Assembly (NCBI RefSeq): GCF_006345805.1
Contig: NC_042997.1
Coordinates: forward strand, 15,872,001-15,936,000
Direction: 5' to 3'
DNA: 64,000 nt
Source: Octopus sinensis
Lineage: Eukaryota
The position numbers and the translations under genes were made by a program. How positions within the stretch are numbered: position 1 is the first letter of the stretch; each line of letters begins with the position of its first letter. Below are positions 48,229-60,777 of the stretch, one piece after another. The notes under the pieces are model-generated. The model was not told where the DNA came from. It saw only the letters and a program-made list of their open reading frames with translations, and searched no databases.

Positions 48229-50735
48229 TTAGGTTGTTCCGAAAACAATGCCCGCTCTAAGTGTTGTGTCTTGAAACGCAAATTTTATCATAGTATTTTA
48301 ATTATATTTTAGGTGAATTTCGACATACTTAATAATTGATGTAGGCTCTTTAATAATTCTCTACTTACGAGGGGCGTTCAATAAGTAATGCCCCTGACCC
48401 ACTTCCCATAGCAGTAGAGCAACGACACTTGGCACAGTTATTAGTCTTTTCTTACATAGGAACTACCCAGAGTTATGCATTTCTCCCATCGTTTGATACA
48501 GCTCTGGAGACCGTTTTTGTAGAAGACCCCAGCTTGGTCCTCCAATCACGACGTGACTTCAGAAATCAAAGCTGCATCATCTGGGAAACGCTTTCCTTTC
48601 AAAAACAACTTCATGGCTGGGAAGAGGGGAAAATCAGAGGGTGCAAGGGGAGGAGTTCATAGCTGCACGCCTGTGCTTCTGATCTGGCGACACGCGAGTT
48701 GTGGACCGGAGCGTTGTCCTGCAGGAAGAGGATGCCTTTGCTGATCTTGCCCCGCCTCTTGATTTTGATAGCTTCTCTTAATTTCCTCAAAAGTGAAGCA
48801 TAATAGGCTCCTGTAATTGTGGTACCCTTTGCCAGGAAATCTGTCATCACTACTCCGTCCTGGTCCCAGAAGACTGTGAGCATAACCTTGTCAGCGGAGG
48901 GCTGCACCCTTGCCTTCTTTGGAGAAGGTGAGTCACGGTGCTTTCACTGCCTTGACTGGGCTTTGGTCTATGGATCATAGTGATGGACCCAGGTTTTATC
49001 CTGTGTGATCAGTCTTTTGAAAAATTTTGACTCATCTTCTTGGCACATCTCCAAATTCATCCTCGAGCACTCAACGCGTTCTTGCTTCTGGAAAGGTGTA
49101 AGCAACCTGGAAATCCATCTGGCAGACACCTTTTGCATATGCAAATGGTCATGAATGATAGTTTCAACAGACCCGGTACTAATCTTGACCTTATGGGCTA
49201 TTTGGCGAATAGTTATGCGTTGACCTTCCAAAATGGCAGCCTCAACTTGACGGACAGACGTCTCATCAACGGCAGAAGGGGGCGACCAGATCTGGGAGCT
49301 GTTTCCACAGAGTCCGACTATGTTTGAATTCACAATACCAGCGTTTTACAAGGTCATATGATGGAGCATCATCACCATAAGTTACTTTCATTTCATCAAA
49401 AGTCTCCCGTGGTGTGCGTCCTTTCAAATACAAAAACCAGATCACTGCTCGACACTCAACAGGCTCCATTTCACACTTGACTCAGTTCAAACACCTGTAA
49501 ATCAGAAACCACAATTAGCTCAGAGCTGTAATTCGCCACTTAATCTATAGAGGTATAAATAAGTGCACATGAAAAATTTCAGCTAGATCAAACAACTCCA
49601 AGTGGGTCAGGGGCATTACTTATTGAACGCCCCTCGTATTTTAGACAGAAAACATTATTGAAGCACAGTCGCTCGTAATTAGGGACATGACAGAAAAGGA
49701 CCTTCGCTTACTTTTCTTGCCTGGACACAATGCCTCCTCCCAAAAAGCTGCCAATATCAACGGAGCACGGGGAGAAAGGTCCACAAGTGATCGTACAGTA
49801 CGAAGGTGGTTCCAGAAATTCTGTAGTACGAGCTTTGACGATGAAGAAGGTAGAGGACGGTCATGCAGTCTTGACAATGGACAATTGAAAGCAATTGTTG
49901 AACAAAATTCACGTCAAAGTGTCAGAGAAATGTCTCAGGCACTTGGTATTGCAACAGTCTTACGCAATCTGCAGAAGGTTGGTAAGGTGAAAAAGCTCGA
50001 TAAACGGCTATCGCATGAGCTCAATGAAAATCAAAAACTTTGGTGTTTTGAAGTGTACTTGATGCTCTTTCTGTGAAACACCAATGATCCTTTTCTTGAA
50101 CGAATAGTCACTTGTGACGAAAAGTGGATCCTTTATGATAACCATAAACAATCAGATCAATGACTTGATCGTAATGAGTCTCCCAAGTATTTCTCAAAGT
50201 CAAAGTTACATCAGCAAAAGATTATGGTGACTGTCTGGTGGTCTGCAATTGGCGTTTGTCCATTACATCAGAGGTTTTACTGCAATCAATTCGCTGAAAT
50301 GTATGCTCACTTGCAAAAAATGAGACCTGCATTGGTGAATCAGCGTAGCCAACTCTGCTCCACGATAATGCAAAGCCACATGTTGCAAGAATGACGCTGC
50401 AGAAATTCAGAGATTTGGGATACGAGACTTTACTAGATCCTCCATATTCTTCTGATCTTTCACCCACTGACTACCATTTTTTAAAAGTACTTAAACACGT
50501 TTTTAAGTGATAAATCTTTCAGGTCCAAACCAAAGTGGAGTCAGCTTTCAAAGATTTTTTAGCATCAAAGCCAATAAGTTTTTATCAACAAGGCATAAAT
50601 AATCTCATTGATCGATGGCAGAGATGCATAGATGTTCACGGCTCATACTTTGACTAATCAAAACATTTCAATTGTTAATTTTTCCAGAATAAAATCATGT
50701 TTCTGAAATAAGCCATTATTTTCGGAACAACCTAA
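48229..50735 (+). mobile_element. Older mariner element (Hsmar1/cecropia-like) with a second mariner nested in its 5' UTR
   Basis: TIRs TTAGGTTGTTCCGAAAA.AATG / CATTATTTTCGGAACAACCTAA; transposase from 49687 with VRRWF, VTCDEKW, LHDNAKPH, DLSPTDYH; stops and frameshifts; about 1.24 kb without the insert. Confidence 0.85.
48368..49636 (-). mobile_element. Full-length mariner (irritans/Himar-like), transposase pseudogene 49469-48441
   Basis: Perfect 37-bp TIRs, TA TSD; motifs VSARWI, TQDKTW, LQDNAP, LAPSDF; frameshifts, stops and loss of HPPYSPD. Confidence 0.93.
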
Positions 50736-50884
50736 GACAAAGGACTCTTACTGTGTCGGAAGGTTTGGCGTTTGTAGTTGATATAACAACAATATACTGT
50801 TAGGGTTTCAATTAATACTTTAGAAAACACATAGGCCTGTAAATGTAAATACTCCCTAAAACCCTGAAGGGCTTTCATGATACA

Positions 50885-50887
50885 GAA

Positions 50888-50942
<55 letters not shown>

Positions 50943-50959
50943 ATCTATCTATCTATCTA

Positions 50960-51050
<91 letters not shown>
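50885..51050. repeat. (TATC)n microsatellite
   Basis: Direct reading. Confidence 0.95.
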
Positions 51051-51051
<1 letters not shown>

Positions 51052-52092
51052 CATATATAAATCAGCGGATAAAACGAAACCGCTACCCAGTGATGTTAAT
51101 TAACAATAAAAAGTAACTTTCTAAACAAAATAAAAAAAAAGCCCTCGAACTTGCGAGAGAGGGCCGTTGATGGAAGACCTTTGAGTTACTCAGTGTTGCT
51201 TACTTAGGGCTGATATGGTCAAATAGCTACTATAAAAACAAATGACACAGTTCTTTCTTGTAACTAAAAGAAATCTCTGTTATTTAATCAAACATAGCAT
51301 GAGATACGTAAAACAAGCAGCATGAAAAACTGTATATGCTGACCCGCTTGCAATCGATATCAACTTTTAACACTCGGATGCACAAAGTTTACATATTAGC
51401 CACTCAGCATTATACTCCCAACATTTCTTAATTAATCTTTAATAAGAATCATAATTACTTCTTAGTGACTGCCCTCATTTTGAATGCTTTTGTTTCCATA
51501 TTGTTGATATTTCCCCCATAACCCTTATCGGCTCCTCTTGCCTGACCAACATAATTAATTTATAATCTAATAAGAATGTATGTATGTGTGTGTGTACGTG
51601 TGTGTTTGTATACATATATACATATATGGGCATAACATACGAGTTTGTATGTGACGTTAATACCTACCTATTGTTTTTAAAATAGAAATAGTGACGTAAG
51701 CGGTGTAAAATGCTTTCAGTGGAAATTGGGTCATGAACTCCACTCAGCAGGAGAATAACAATATATATATAATGATTACTAATATAAGAATGAAGACACA
51801 CGCTGGGTAGGGGGTGTTAGAGTTTGATAAGATCGCCCTCAATGCTTGCTTGTTTCAGACATGTGTGTGTGGTGTGTGTGTGTGCGTGCGAGCGTGAGCA
51901 TGTGTGTGTTCGCTCGTTTATATATTTCAAATGGACGTAAGGGCGTACATTTGGGTTGGGCCAGAGGAAAATATTAATAATAATAAAAATGATTTCGAAT
52001 TTTTCGCAAGAGCAGCAAATTTGGGGGGAGAGGACGAGTCGATTTCATCGACCCAGTGTTTCATTTGTACTTATTTCATCGACCCCGAAAGG

Positions 52093-52145
52093 ATAATAAT
52101 AATAATAATTATTATAATAATAATAATTATAATAATAATAATAAT

Positions 52146-52194
<49 letters not shown>

Positions 52195-52769
52195 GCCCTG
52201 ATGCAGTACCATGCCCTGATGCAGTACCAGGCAGTGGCTCTCATGGCTTCTGATCTTAACTGATTGGAAGTGTTATCATGTACATTGTTTTGTCTTGGTA
52301 TAAAAGATGGGCTACAGCAAATATTCTGCTCAATACCACAGATTTGCTTGTCAGTTGTTTGACCTTAACTAGTTGAGCATGTCCCTTAGTGGCTGACGAT
52401 ATGTGCATCTCTGATCACGAGCAGAAGTAGTAGGGGAGCATCATAGCCATGTGTTGAGAGGGATTCTTTGGGGTTTGAATAATTCACCTCTGGAAACATG
52501 GGTGGTTCTTTCAACATCCTTAAACAACCCTTATTCAGGGAGCTTTTGAGCAGGATGGGTTACTCAACCTGAAGAAAATTCTAACTGGGCCCCACCTGCA
52601 AGGTTATGTGCTGTTTATCTTGATATGAGATCACCATGTCGCGACATATGGTTGTGATGCATGTGCCTGGTGTGCCCTTATCAGACGGGTAGTCATGATG
52701 GGTATATTGGGCTTCGTATATTTTACCCCAGTGTCACTTTGATGGCATGCACTGCTCTCACACTCAATA

Positions 52770-52816
<47 letters not shown>

Positions 52817-52834
52817 GTAATAACAAAAAAAAAA

Positions 52835-52892
<58 letters not shown>

Positions 52893-53523
52893 GTAATAAC
52901 AACAACAACAAAATGCACTGATGCAGTACCAAGCAGTAGCTTTAATGCCCTGATGCAGTACCAGGCAGTGGTTCTCGTGGCTTCTGATCTTAACTGATTG
53001 GAAGTGTTATCATGTACATTGTTTTGTCTTGGTATAAAAGATGGGCTACAGCAAATATTCTGCTCAACACCACAGATTTGCTTGTCAGTTATTTGACCTT
53101 AACCAGTTCAGCATATCCCTTAGTGGCTGACGATATGTGCATCTCTGATCATGAGCAGAAGTAGTAGGGGAGCATCATAGCCATGTGTTGAGAGGGTTTG
53201 AATAATTCACCTCTGGAAAAATGGGTGCTTCGTTCAACATACTTAAACAACTCTTATTCAGGGAGCTTTTGAGCAGGATGGGTTACTCGACCAGAAGAAA
53301 ATTCTAACTTTGCTCCACCTGCAAGTTCATGCGCTGTTTATCTTGCTAGGAGATCACAATGTCGCGCACACATGATTGTGAAGCATGTGCCCAGTGTACC
53401 CTTATCAGACGGGTAGTCATGATGGGTATACTGGGCTTCGTATATTTTACCCCAGTGTCACTTGATGGCATGCACTACTCTCACACTCAATAACAATAAT
53501 GATAATGATGATGATGATGATGA

Positions 53524-53576
<53 letters not shown>

Positions 53577-53609
53577 TAAAATAATAAAAGGATAATAATA
53601 ATAATAATG

Positions 53610-53665
<56 letters not shown>

Positions 53666-53684
53666 TATAATAATAATGATGATG

Positions 53685-53738
<54 letters not shown>

Positions 53739-54351
53739 TAATAATAATAATAAATGCCCTGATGCAGTACCAGGCAGTGGTTCTCGTGGCTTCTGATCTT
53801 AACTGATTGGAAGTGTTATCATGTACATTGTTTGTCTGGTATAAAAGATGGGCTACAGCAAATATTCTGCTCAATACCACAGATTTGCTTGTCACTTGTT
53901 TGACTTTAACCAGTTGAGCATGTCTCTTAGTGGCTGACGATATGTGCATCTCTGATCATGAGCAGAAGTAGTAGGGGAGCATCATAGCCATGTGTTGAGA
54001 GGGTTTGAATAATTCACCTCTGGAAACATGGGTGTTTCGTTCAACATACTTAAACAACTCTTATTCAGGGAGCTTTTGAGCAGGATGGGTTACTCGACCA
54101 GAAGAAAATTCTAACTGGGCCCCACCTGCAAGTTCATGCGCTGTTTATCTTGCTATGAGATCACAATGTCGCGCACACATGGTTGTGAAGCATGTGCCCA
54201 GTGTACCCTTATCAGACGGGTAGTCATGATGGGTATACTGGGCTTCGTTTATTTTACCCCAGTGTCACTTCGATGGCATGAACTGCTCTCTCACTCAATA
54301 ATAATAATGATAATGATGATGATGATGATAATAATAATAATAATAATAATA

Positions 54352-54440
<89 letters not shown>

Positions 54441-54460
54441 TAATAATAATAATAACAACA
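52093..54460. repeat. Three head-to-tail family D units (52192-52765, 52911-53488, 53753-54296), each bounded by (AAT)n
   Basis: Direct comparison; units 2 and 3 share a 10-bp deletion and other variants. Confidence 0.93.
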
Positions 54461-54569
54461 AATCACAGCACATACCCAAGGCACACAGAGCTGCGCTCGG
54501 TAGTGAAGTGAAAGCACGCTATAAAAATAAAACTACTGAATAATAATAATAATAATGATAATAATAATA

Positions 54570-55327
54570 TTTGACACGATCAAATAGCGAAAATGCTACA
54601 TCGGACTGTGCAAAAAGTGGGAGCTGGAGAAAGGAAAGATTGGTATGAGCACAAACCAATCTGCAGATCACATATTTGTGGTTTCTGTAGCCGACCAATT
54701 TCAATCGTTGTACACCCTATACTATCCTTATCCGCTGACCTAACAAATACTCTATCTAGATTCGATCTGGATGACCCATTGTGATTGCTCCATGTCCACA
54801 CTGGTACATCAGGGAAATGTCAGAAAGCCGGAAGTTTCTGAGCAGGTTTTCGAGGTTTTTACACCCCTTTCTTCTATGTACTAAACCCACACAGTCCTTC
54901 CGCACGTCCAAAATACTATTCCAGTTTCCCACTAGTACTAAAGTGCGAGGCGTGCCCAGGAATGTTTCTATTCGCTTGAAGAAATCTGTCCTCCCAGCCT
55001 CTTTCGGAGCATACACGGCCACCAATCTAAAGGTGCTACCCTTACCACTAACATACTGTCCGGGTCCAAGAAGAATCCCCTTACTGTGAGACCTAAGGAT
55101 TTTCAGAAAAACACTGCTACACTGCCGCCCACTCCTGACAGACCACAAAAAGAGATTACCTCGTAGTCTTCGAAAATGGTTGACGGAGCATGTCTCCCGG
55201 CAATTCTCGTCTCACTAATTGCTGTCACATCTAAATTTAGGGACCTGATATCGTTGAACATGTGATCCTGCTTCCAAGCCGAACCCAGACTCCGAACATT
55301 TACACAGCCAACTCTAAGTGTAGCCAT
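54570..55327 (-). pseudogene. Tx1/L1-clade LINE ORF2 N-terminus (APE endonuclease)
   Basis: MATLRVGCVNVRSL, SETR, VYAP, GNWN, WTW, LDRVFV, HKYV motifs across frameshifts. Confidence 0.85.
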
Positions 55328-55329
55328 TT

Positions 55330-56480
55330 AACATAGAGGAAAGAAAATGGAATTATGTACCTTGGTCTCCAGGGATGACTGTTGACACAGTCTTCTTTTT
55401 TCTTTGAGGGGGTAGTGGGGAAGAGTTTTTCTAAGAATTTTTTGTCTTTTGGTGGGTACTTACTCACCTCTCCAATGTTCTAGGGGTATTTCAAATCAAG
55501 ATACGCATCCGCATCCTTTTGGATTAACATCCTGTCTCGTGGAGTTTTCTGGAGGAGTTCCGCAAAACCTTCTCCACTTGTAATGATTTTGTTATTAATT
55601 ACTTCCTCAATCAATTAGATGTAGCTCTTCTGAACAACAGTGAAGTTGATGAAGGAAGCGTGTAGCCGAGAGTATGACTGCTGGTCATTTTGTTTTTCGG
55701 CTGCTTTTTTTGTTTTCGTATTTTTGTGGTTACTCTTTTACTTGTTTCAGTAATTTGACTGCGGTCATGCTGGAGCACCGCCTTTAGTCGAGCAAATTTA
55801 CTCCAGGACTTATTCTTTGTAAGCCCAGTACTTATTCTATCGGTCTCTTTTGCCGAACCGCTAAGTGACGGGGACGTAAACACACCAGCATCGGTTGTCA
55901 AGCAATGCTAGGGGGACAAACACAGACACACAAACACACACACACACATATATACATATATATATATATATATATACATATATACGACAGGCTTCTTTCA
56001 GTTTCCGTCTACCAAATCCACTCACAAGGCATTGGTCGGCCCGGGGCTATAGCAGAAGACACTTGCCCAAGATGCCACGCAGTAGGACTGAACCCGAAAC
56101 CATATGGTTGGTTAGCAAGCTACTTACCACACAGCCACTCCTGCGCCTATTGTGGTTGTGGATGTATTTGTAAAAATGGGTTGTCTTGTGATGAAGATGT
56201 TGGTGCTGATTTCTTTTTAAATTGATATTGTGACGGATTTTGCTTTCTACCTTCATGTCTTACGGCCTTCAATTTGGTCCGGTGTCTGTTAAGCTCATAT
56301 TCCGTCTTTCTCTTATCTGCCGCAAAGGCCTTTTTGGTACAAAGTCAATGAGGACTTTGCTTTTGCGAGGCCGGAGTCGGAGGAAGGAGTTAGATGCAAG
56401 GTAATAGTTTTGTTTCCACCTTTAGGAGTTGGTAGTAATGGTGGAGAGCTTCGGGGAGAAAAGGCTTTGAGGTGGTTCGA
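55330..56480 (-). pseudogene. Probable ORF1 remnant of the same LINE, split by a SINE
   Basis: Position directly 5' of APE start; basic low-complexity peptide traces. Confidence 0.45.
55730..56143 (-). mobile_element. SINE family A
   Basis: Full length; very similar to 690-1089. Confidence 0.9.
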
Positions 56481-56618
56481 ATTTCTACACACAAAACATT
56501 TGTTTTTTTTCTCCCTCTATAGAAACTAGCATCTGTTCGCATTCCCCGAAACAGAAAAAAAAATCAGAAATGTGATTTAAGTCGAAATCATTCCGCAAGA
56601 TTCTGCATCTTCTGTTAG

Positions 56619-56656
<38 letters not shown>

Positions 56657-56667
56657 ACAACAACAGC

Positions 56668-56704
<37 letters not shown>

Positions 56705-56794
56705 CGTCATCAGTAGCAGCAATGATATTAGCAGCAGGTTCTATTGAGCAGCCTCAAAAAGCCTTTTTGCTGTCCTATAGTCTCAAGTCTCAAA

Positions 56795-56851
<57 letters not shown>

Positions 56852-57100
56852 CGGCCACAAGGATCCAAGATATTGGAAAGAGTACCTGGGTGAAATACAT
56901 AACTAGTGGGAGGTTAACCAACAAAAACATAAATGCTACTAAATTGGCAAGAGAAAGCATCTGGAACAGGGCAAAAACCACTTACGTAAATCAAGTGAAA
57001 AATTTCTACAAAATAAGGGGTTATTGTGACGTATCGGTGACAAAAAATGCCTTTTTCAGTTCCTTTCTGCCTAATAATAATTACATAAGTTCGCCACACA

Positions 57101-57335
57101 ACATAAGGGCCGGTCTCCCGGTTTCCTTGGCATATAGGTTCCCCACCTGGACGGTATGCTGGTCCATTGCAGGTGAACTGCAAGATGGAGGAGGAAAGAG
57201 TGAGAGAAAGTTGTGGCGAAAGAATCAGCAGAAGTTCGCCATTACTTTCTGCCAGAGCCACGTGGAGCTTAGGTGTTTCGCTCATAAACACACACATCAC
57301 CCAGTCTGAGATTCGAACCCGCGATCCCTCAACCA
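57101..57335 (-). mobile_element. SINE B3 fragment truncated at both ends, flanked by a 37-bp direct repeat
   Basis: TTTCTGCCTAATAATAATTACATAAGTTCGCCACACA at 57064-57100 and 57336-57372. Confidence 0.85.
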
Positions 57336-57399
57336 TTTCTGCCTAATAATAATTACATAAGTTCGCCACACAGCTTCCATCGTCGTAACCACGAGGCTA

Positions 57400-59170
57400 G
57401 GATGAAACAAGGACTAGCTGTCCTTCCTTAACTCCTACCACCATCAAAAAATACCGTCAGATATTTGTGACAGACTCGGCTAGTGACTTGTTCCGTCTTC
57501 CACTTGATAGCAGCTGTTTGACACAATGTACAGGATTTTGCCGGCAGGAACGGTTTCGTCGCCCTGTGCGTATCTCGGACATGATTGGCTGTTAGCATTC
57601 TGTGCTTATTCCTTAGAGGAAAACCTGCCCTGTAGTTTTGTCAGGGAAAGTATTTGAGAAAGTATTCTTAATCCACGACCTGAATACCTTCTAAAAGAGA
57701 TTGATCATACAATCCTCCACGGCACCCAGAATCGTTCTCAAACTATTGTCGCTTGTACCCTCTACGAATCCTGAACAGAGTGTGACTTTGTTTTCCTCCA
57801 CTGCAATGTTCATCTGGTATAGTGTAGTGAGCACCACTCACCAAATGTCCAACTTCAATCTATAACTGACCAAGGACTGCAATTTGTTAAAAGAGCGGTC
57901 TACAGAAAAACGACCACACCTACTCACAGTCATCATCCAGATGCGTCAGACTCACTGCATGCATCTGCATCATTGGTGACATCGTCCCAAGAACCCTAGA
58001 AGAGCCAGAACCTATCCCTTTGACAAAAATCGAATGTTTCCAATCCGGTTAGGCATTTTCCGAGACAAGATAAAACAGAGAAGCGGCGTACATCATTGTA
58101 GCGATGAAGACGTTTACAACTTCTGTTCGATTTTCTGGGAAGTCTTCCTCCCAGCCCATTTTTTGAGAGTGATTTATTGATGCAAGCTCCTGTAACTTCC
58201 TGTTAACTTTTCAATATGGCGCCAATGACATGGGTTTCTCAAGTTTCTGACACTATAGTATTGGCGTCATCCGCGTATGCGGATACAGCTTTTCTGCATT
58301 CCAATTCAAAGTCCACAGCCACAGTAGCAATTGCTCCACTGTTATAAGATACAGGAAAGAGAAAAAAAAAGGGCACCCTGGCGGACTGAGTTCGGGATAC
58401 GAAATGGTTCTGAGAAGCGGCCTTTTTGTCTAACCACCGATTAGATTCTGGTCATACAATACAACGACCCAGTCCCTAAAGAGGATATAGAACCCGTCCA
58501 TTTTCAAGACAGCAGTTAATTAGAAATAGGTGAGCTCCAGTTGATCAGCTTCTACTGAACACAGATATTTCGATGCTTCATCGCATGATGTTGGGGTTGC
58601 CGTGAACAGATCTGCTGGCGATTGCATAAGTTTCTTTGTCTCCGACTATACCTATATCTTTACTACCCACAAGGGGATAAACACAGAGGAGACAAACAAG
58701 GACAAACAAACGGATTAAGACGATTATAACTGGTACTTAATTTATCGACCCCGAAAGGATGAAAGGCAAAGTCGACCTCGGCGGAATTTGAACTCAGAAC
58801 GTACCAGCAGACGAAATACGGCTACGCATTTCGCCCGGTGTGCTAACGTTTCTGCCAGTTCACCGCCTCCGTCTATACCACTGGCGGCAAGAGTCAACCC
58901 CTTATTGATCCTCTTCGTTAATCTCTGTGTTTAGCAACCATGGAGTTCTTGTTTTGGTCCTTTCTCTAGCAGCACTACCACTCTCCGGCTCACACATCGA
59001 ATGCTTTCGGCCTGCCGCAAGCTGATAAGATATGGATGAACAAGCACAACAGAGGACCTAATCACAAGGATTTGTCTCTCAGGTTGTAGCTCAACACGTC
59101 CACTGCTTCGGCTATAGTTGGGCTCTTCGTAACATCCAGCATTTTCGATCGAAAGTCTCGGCATGAATAT
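57400..59170 (-). pseudogene. Tx1/L1-clade reverse transcriptase and C-terminal knuckle remnant
   Basis: SPTIAEAVDVL..RDKS (pre-RT), VRQGCP, SAYADD, EVTGACINKS, CPRYAQGDETV. Confidence 0.75.
58653..58866 (-). mobile_element. SINE family C
   Basis: 13-bp TSD CTCCG(A/T)CTATACC at 58640-58652 and 58867-58879. Confidence 0.9.
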
Positions 59171-59232
59171 TTTTATGCGTAAAACACGTTGTTGTTGATG
59201 TTGTTATTGTTGTTGATGTTGTTATTGTTGTT

Positions 59233-59524
59233 GGTACTACTTAAGAAGAGTGGTCCCAGTGCGCGCACTCGCGTACTCGCGCATCCGCGCTGGCTAGTCG
59301 TGACTAGTCGATCCTTACTTTGTGTTTTTGTGTTTTATTTACTTTGTTTAAAAAAATTATTTTGTGTTTTTGAGTTTTATTTACTTTGTTTTAAAAAATT
59401 ATTTATTTTGTCTTTTATTTACTTTGCTAGGCAGTCGTTGTAGGATCGACTAGTCTCGACTAACTAGCGCGGATGCGCGAGTACGCGAGTGCGCGCACCG
59501 GGACCACTCTTCTTAAGTAGTACC
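59233..59524. mobile_element. MITE with ~83-bp CpG-rich TIRs, inserted in a (GTT)n tract
   Basis: TIRs differ at about 4 positions; TTAA at 59241-59244 and 59513-59516; AT-rich interior with two ~40-bp repeats. Confidence 0.88.
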
Positions 59525-59619
59525 GTAGTTGATGTTGTTGTTGTTGTTGTTGCAGGAGCTTTTCGAGTTGAATGAGAGCGAAAATGGGATTTATAACTAG
59601 AATGCGAATGAAACTAACT

Positions 59620-59760
<141 letters not shown>

Positions 59761-60322
59761 GACTGAGTGTCTGAGAATGAGAATGGGAAATTAAGGTGAG
59801 TGGGAGAAACGGCAGTGGAAAAATTAAAAAGAAAGCGATCGACATTAAAAATAAAGAAAAAAAAAAGAAAGAAAAAGAAAAACTTGTTAAAATATGCTAA
59901 TATATAAAGAATGAAAAGAAAGAAAACAAGAAAGGAATCTAGAATGAAAACAGCGAAAGGAACGCGAAAAATGTCATAGCTTTGTCATGTGCCTCTACAG
60001 ACATACAACCCAGCAATGGGAGTGGATGAGGTTCTGGTATGTCATCATCGTCGTCGTCGTACTTGTTTATCTCGAGATCGGCTCTTGAGAGAGTCTTATG
60101 ATCAGGTGCTTTCCAACCATGACAATCCCATCCTTTTTGTTAGTTTGAAATACATTCTTCAATGTATCACTCCTTCTTTTCTTTTTTTTTTCTTCCTGTT
60201 TTTGTCTTTTGTTTTTTTTTTTTTTCTTTTTCAAATACAGTAGGTTTTTTGGAGTTATTTCTAGCAAGTCCAGCGACTGACAAATAGGCACCTGGTTCCT
60301 CTGTGTGTGTGTGTGTGTGTCC

Positions 60323-60358
<36 letters not shown>

Positions 60359-60594
60359 GTGCGTGTGTGTTGTGGTCGTGGATAGAAGATTGTAGAGATT
60401 GAACCTAGTTAGAGACTACCTCCATCCTTTGCCACCAGATTCTATTGTAGTAGGTGCAGGCTGTGTAATTAAGAAGCTCGCTTTGCAATCACATGATTTT
60501 GGGTTCAGTCCCACTACACGGCACTTTAGGCAAATATCTTATACTACAGCCCACGAACGATGAGTGCTCGTGTGAGTGAGAAGATGGTAACTGT

Positions 60595-60660
<66 letters not shown>

Positions 60661-60670
60661 TAGTTATATT

Positions 60671-60777
60671 AAGGGTATTACTGTACATAAATACCTCACG
60701 CTAGGAGGGACTCTTAAAGTCAAAACTACCTTAAGAGTCCCTCCTAGCGTGAGGCATTTATGTATAGAAATGCCCTT
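60671..60777. mobile_element. Small palindromic MITE-like element (50-bp arms, 7-nt loop)
   Basis: 45 of 50 arm positions complementary; TTAA|GGG left end, CCC|TTAT right end. Confidence 0.7.

Noticed and set aside
48441-49469. Functional mariner transposase
   Set aside because: At least two frameshifts, in-frame stops and loss of the HPPYSPD motif; the outer mariner is also broken
51459-51541. 83-nt minus-strand exon candidate (ARGADKGYGGNINNMETKAFKMRAVTK)
   Set aside because: Phase would fit but the acceptor has no pyrimidine tract and the donor GTAATT is weak; too likely by chance
60170-60290. Strong polypyrimidine tract and CAG acceptor at 60240
   Set aside because: Downstream sequence is a decayed copy of an old dispersed repeat (TTTGGCTGCTATTTCTAGCAGG-like, also near 6650, 24590, 46610, 63215) and has no good donor
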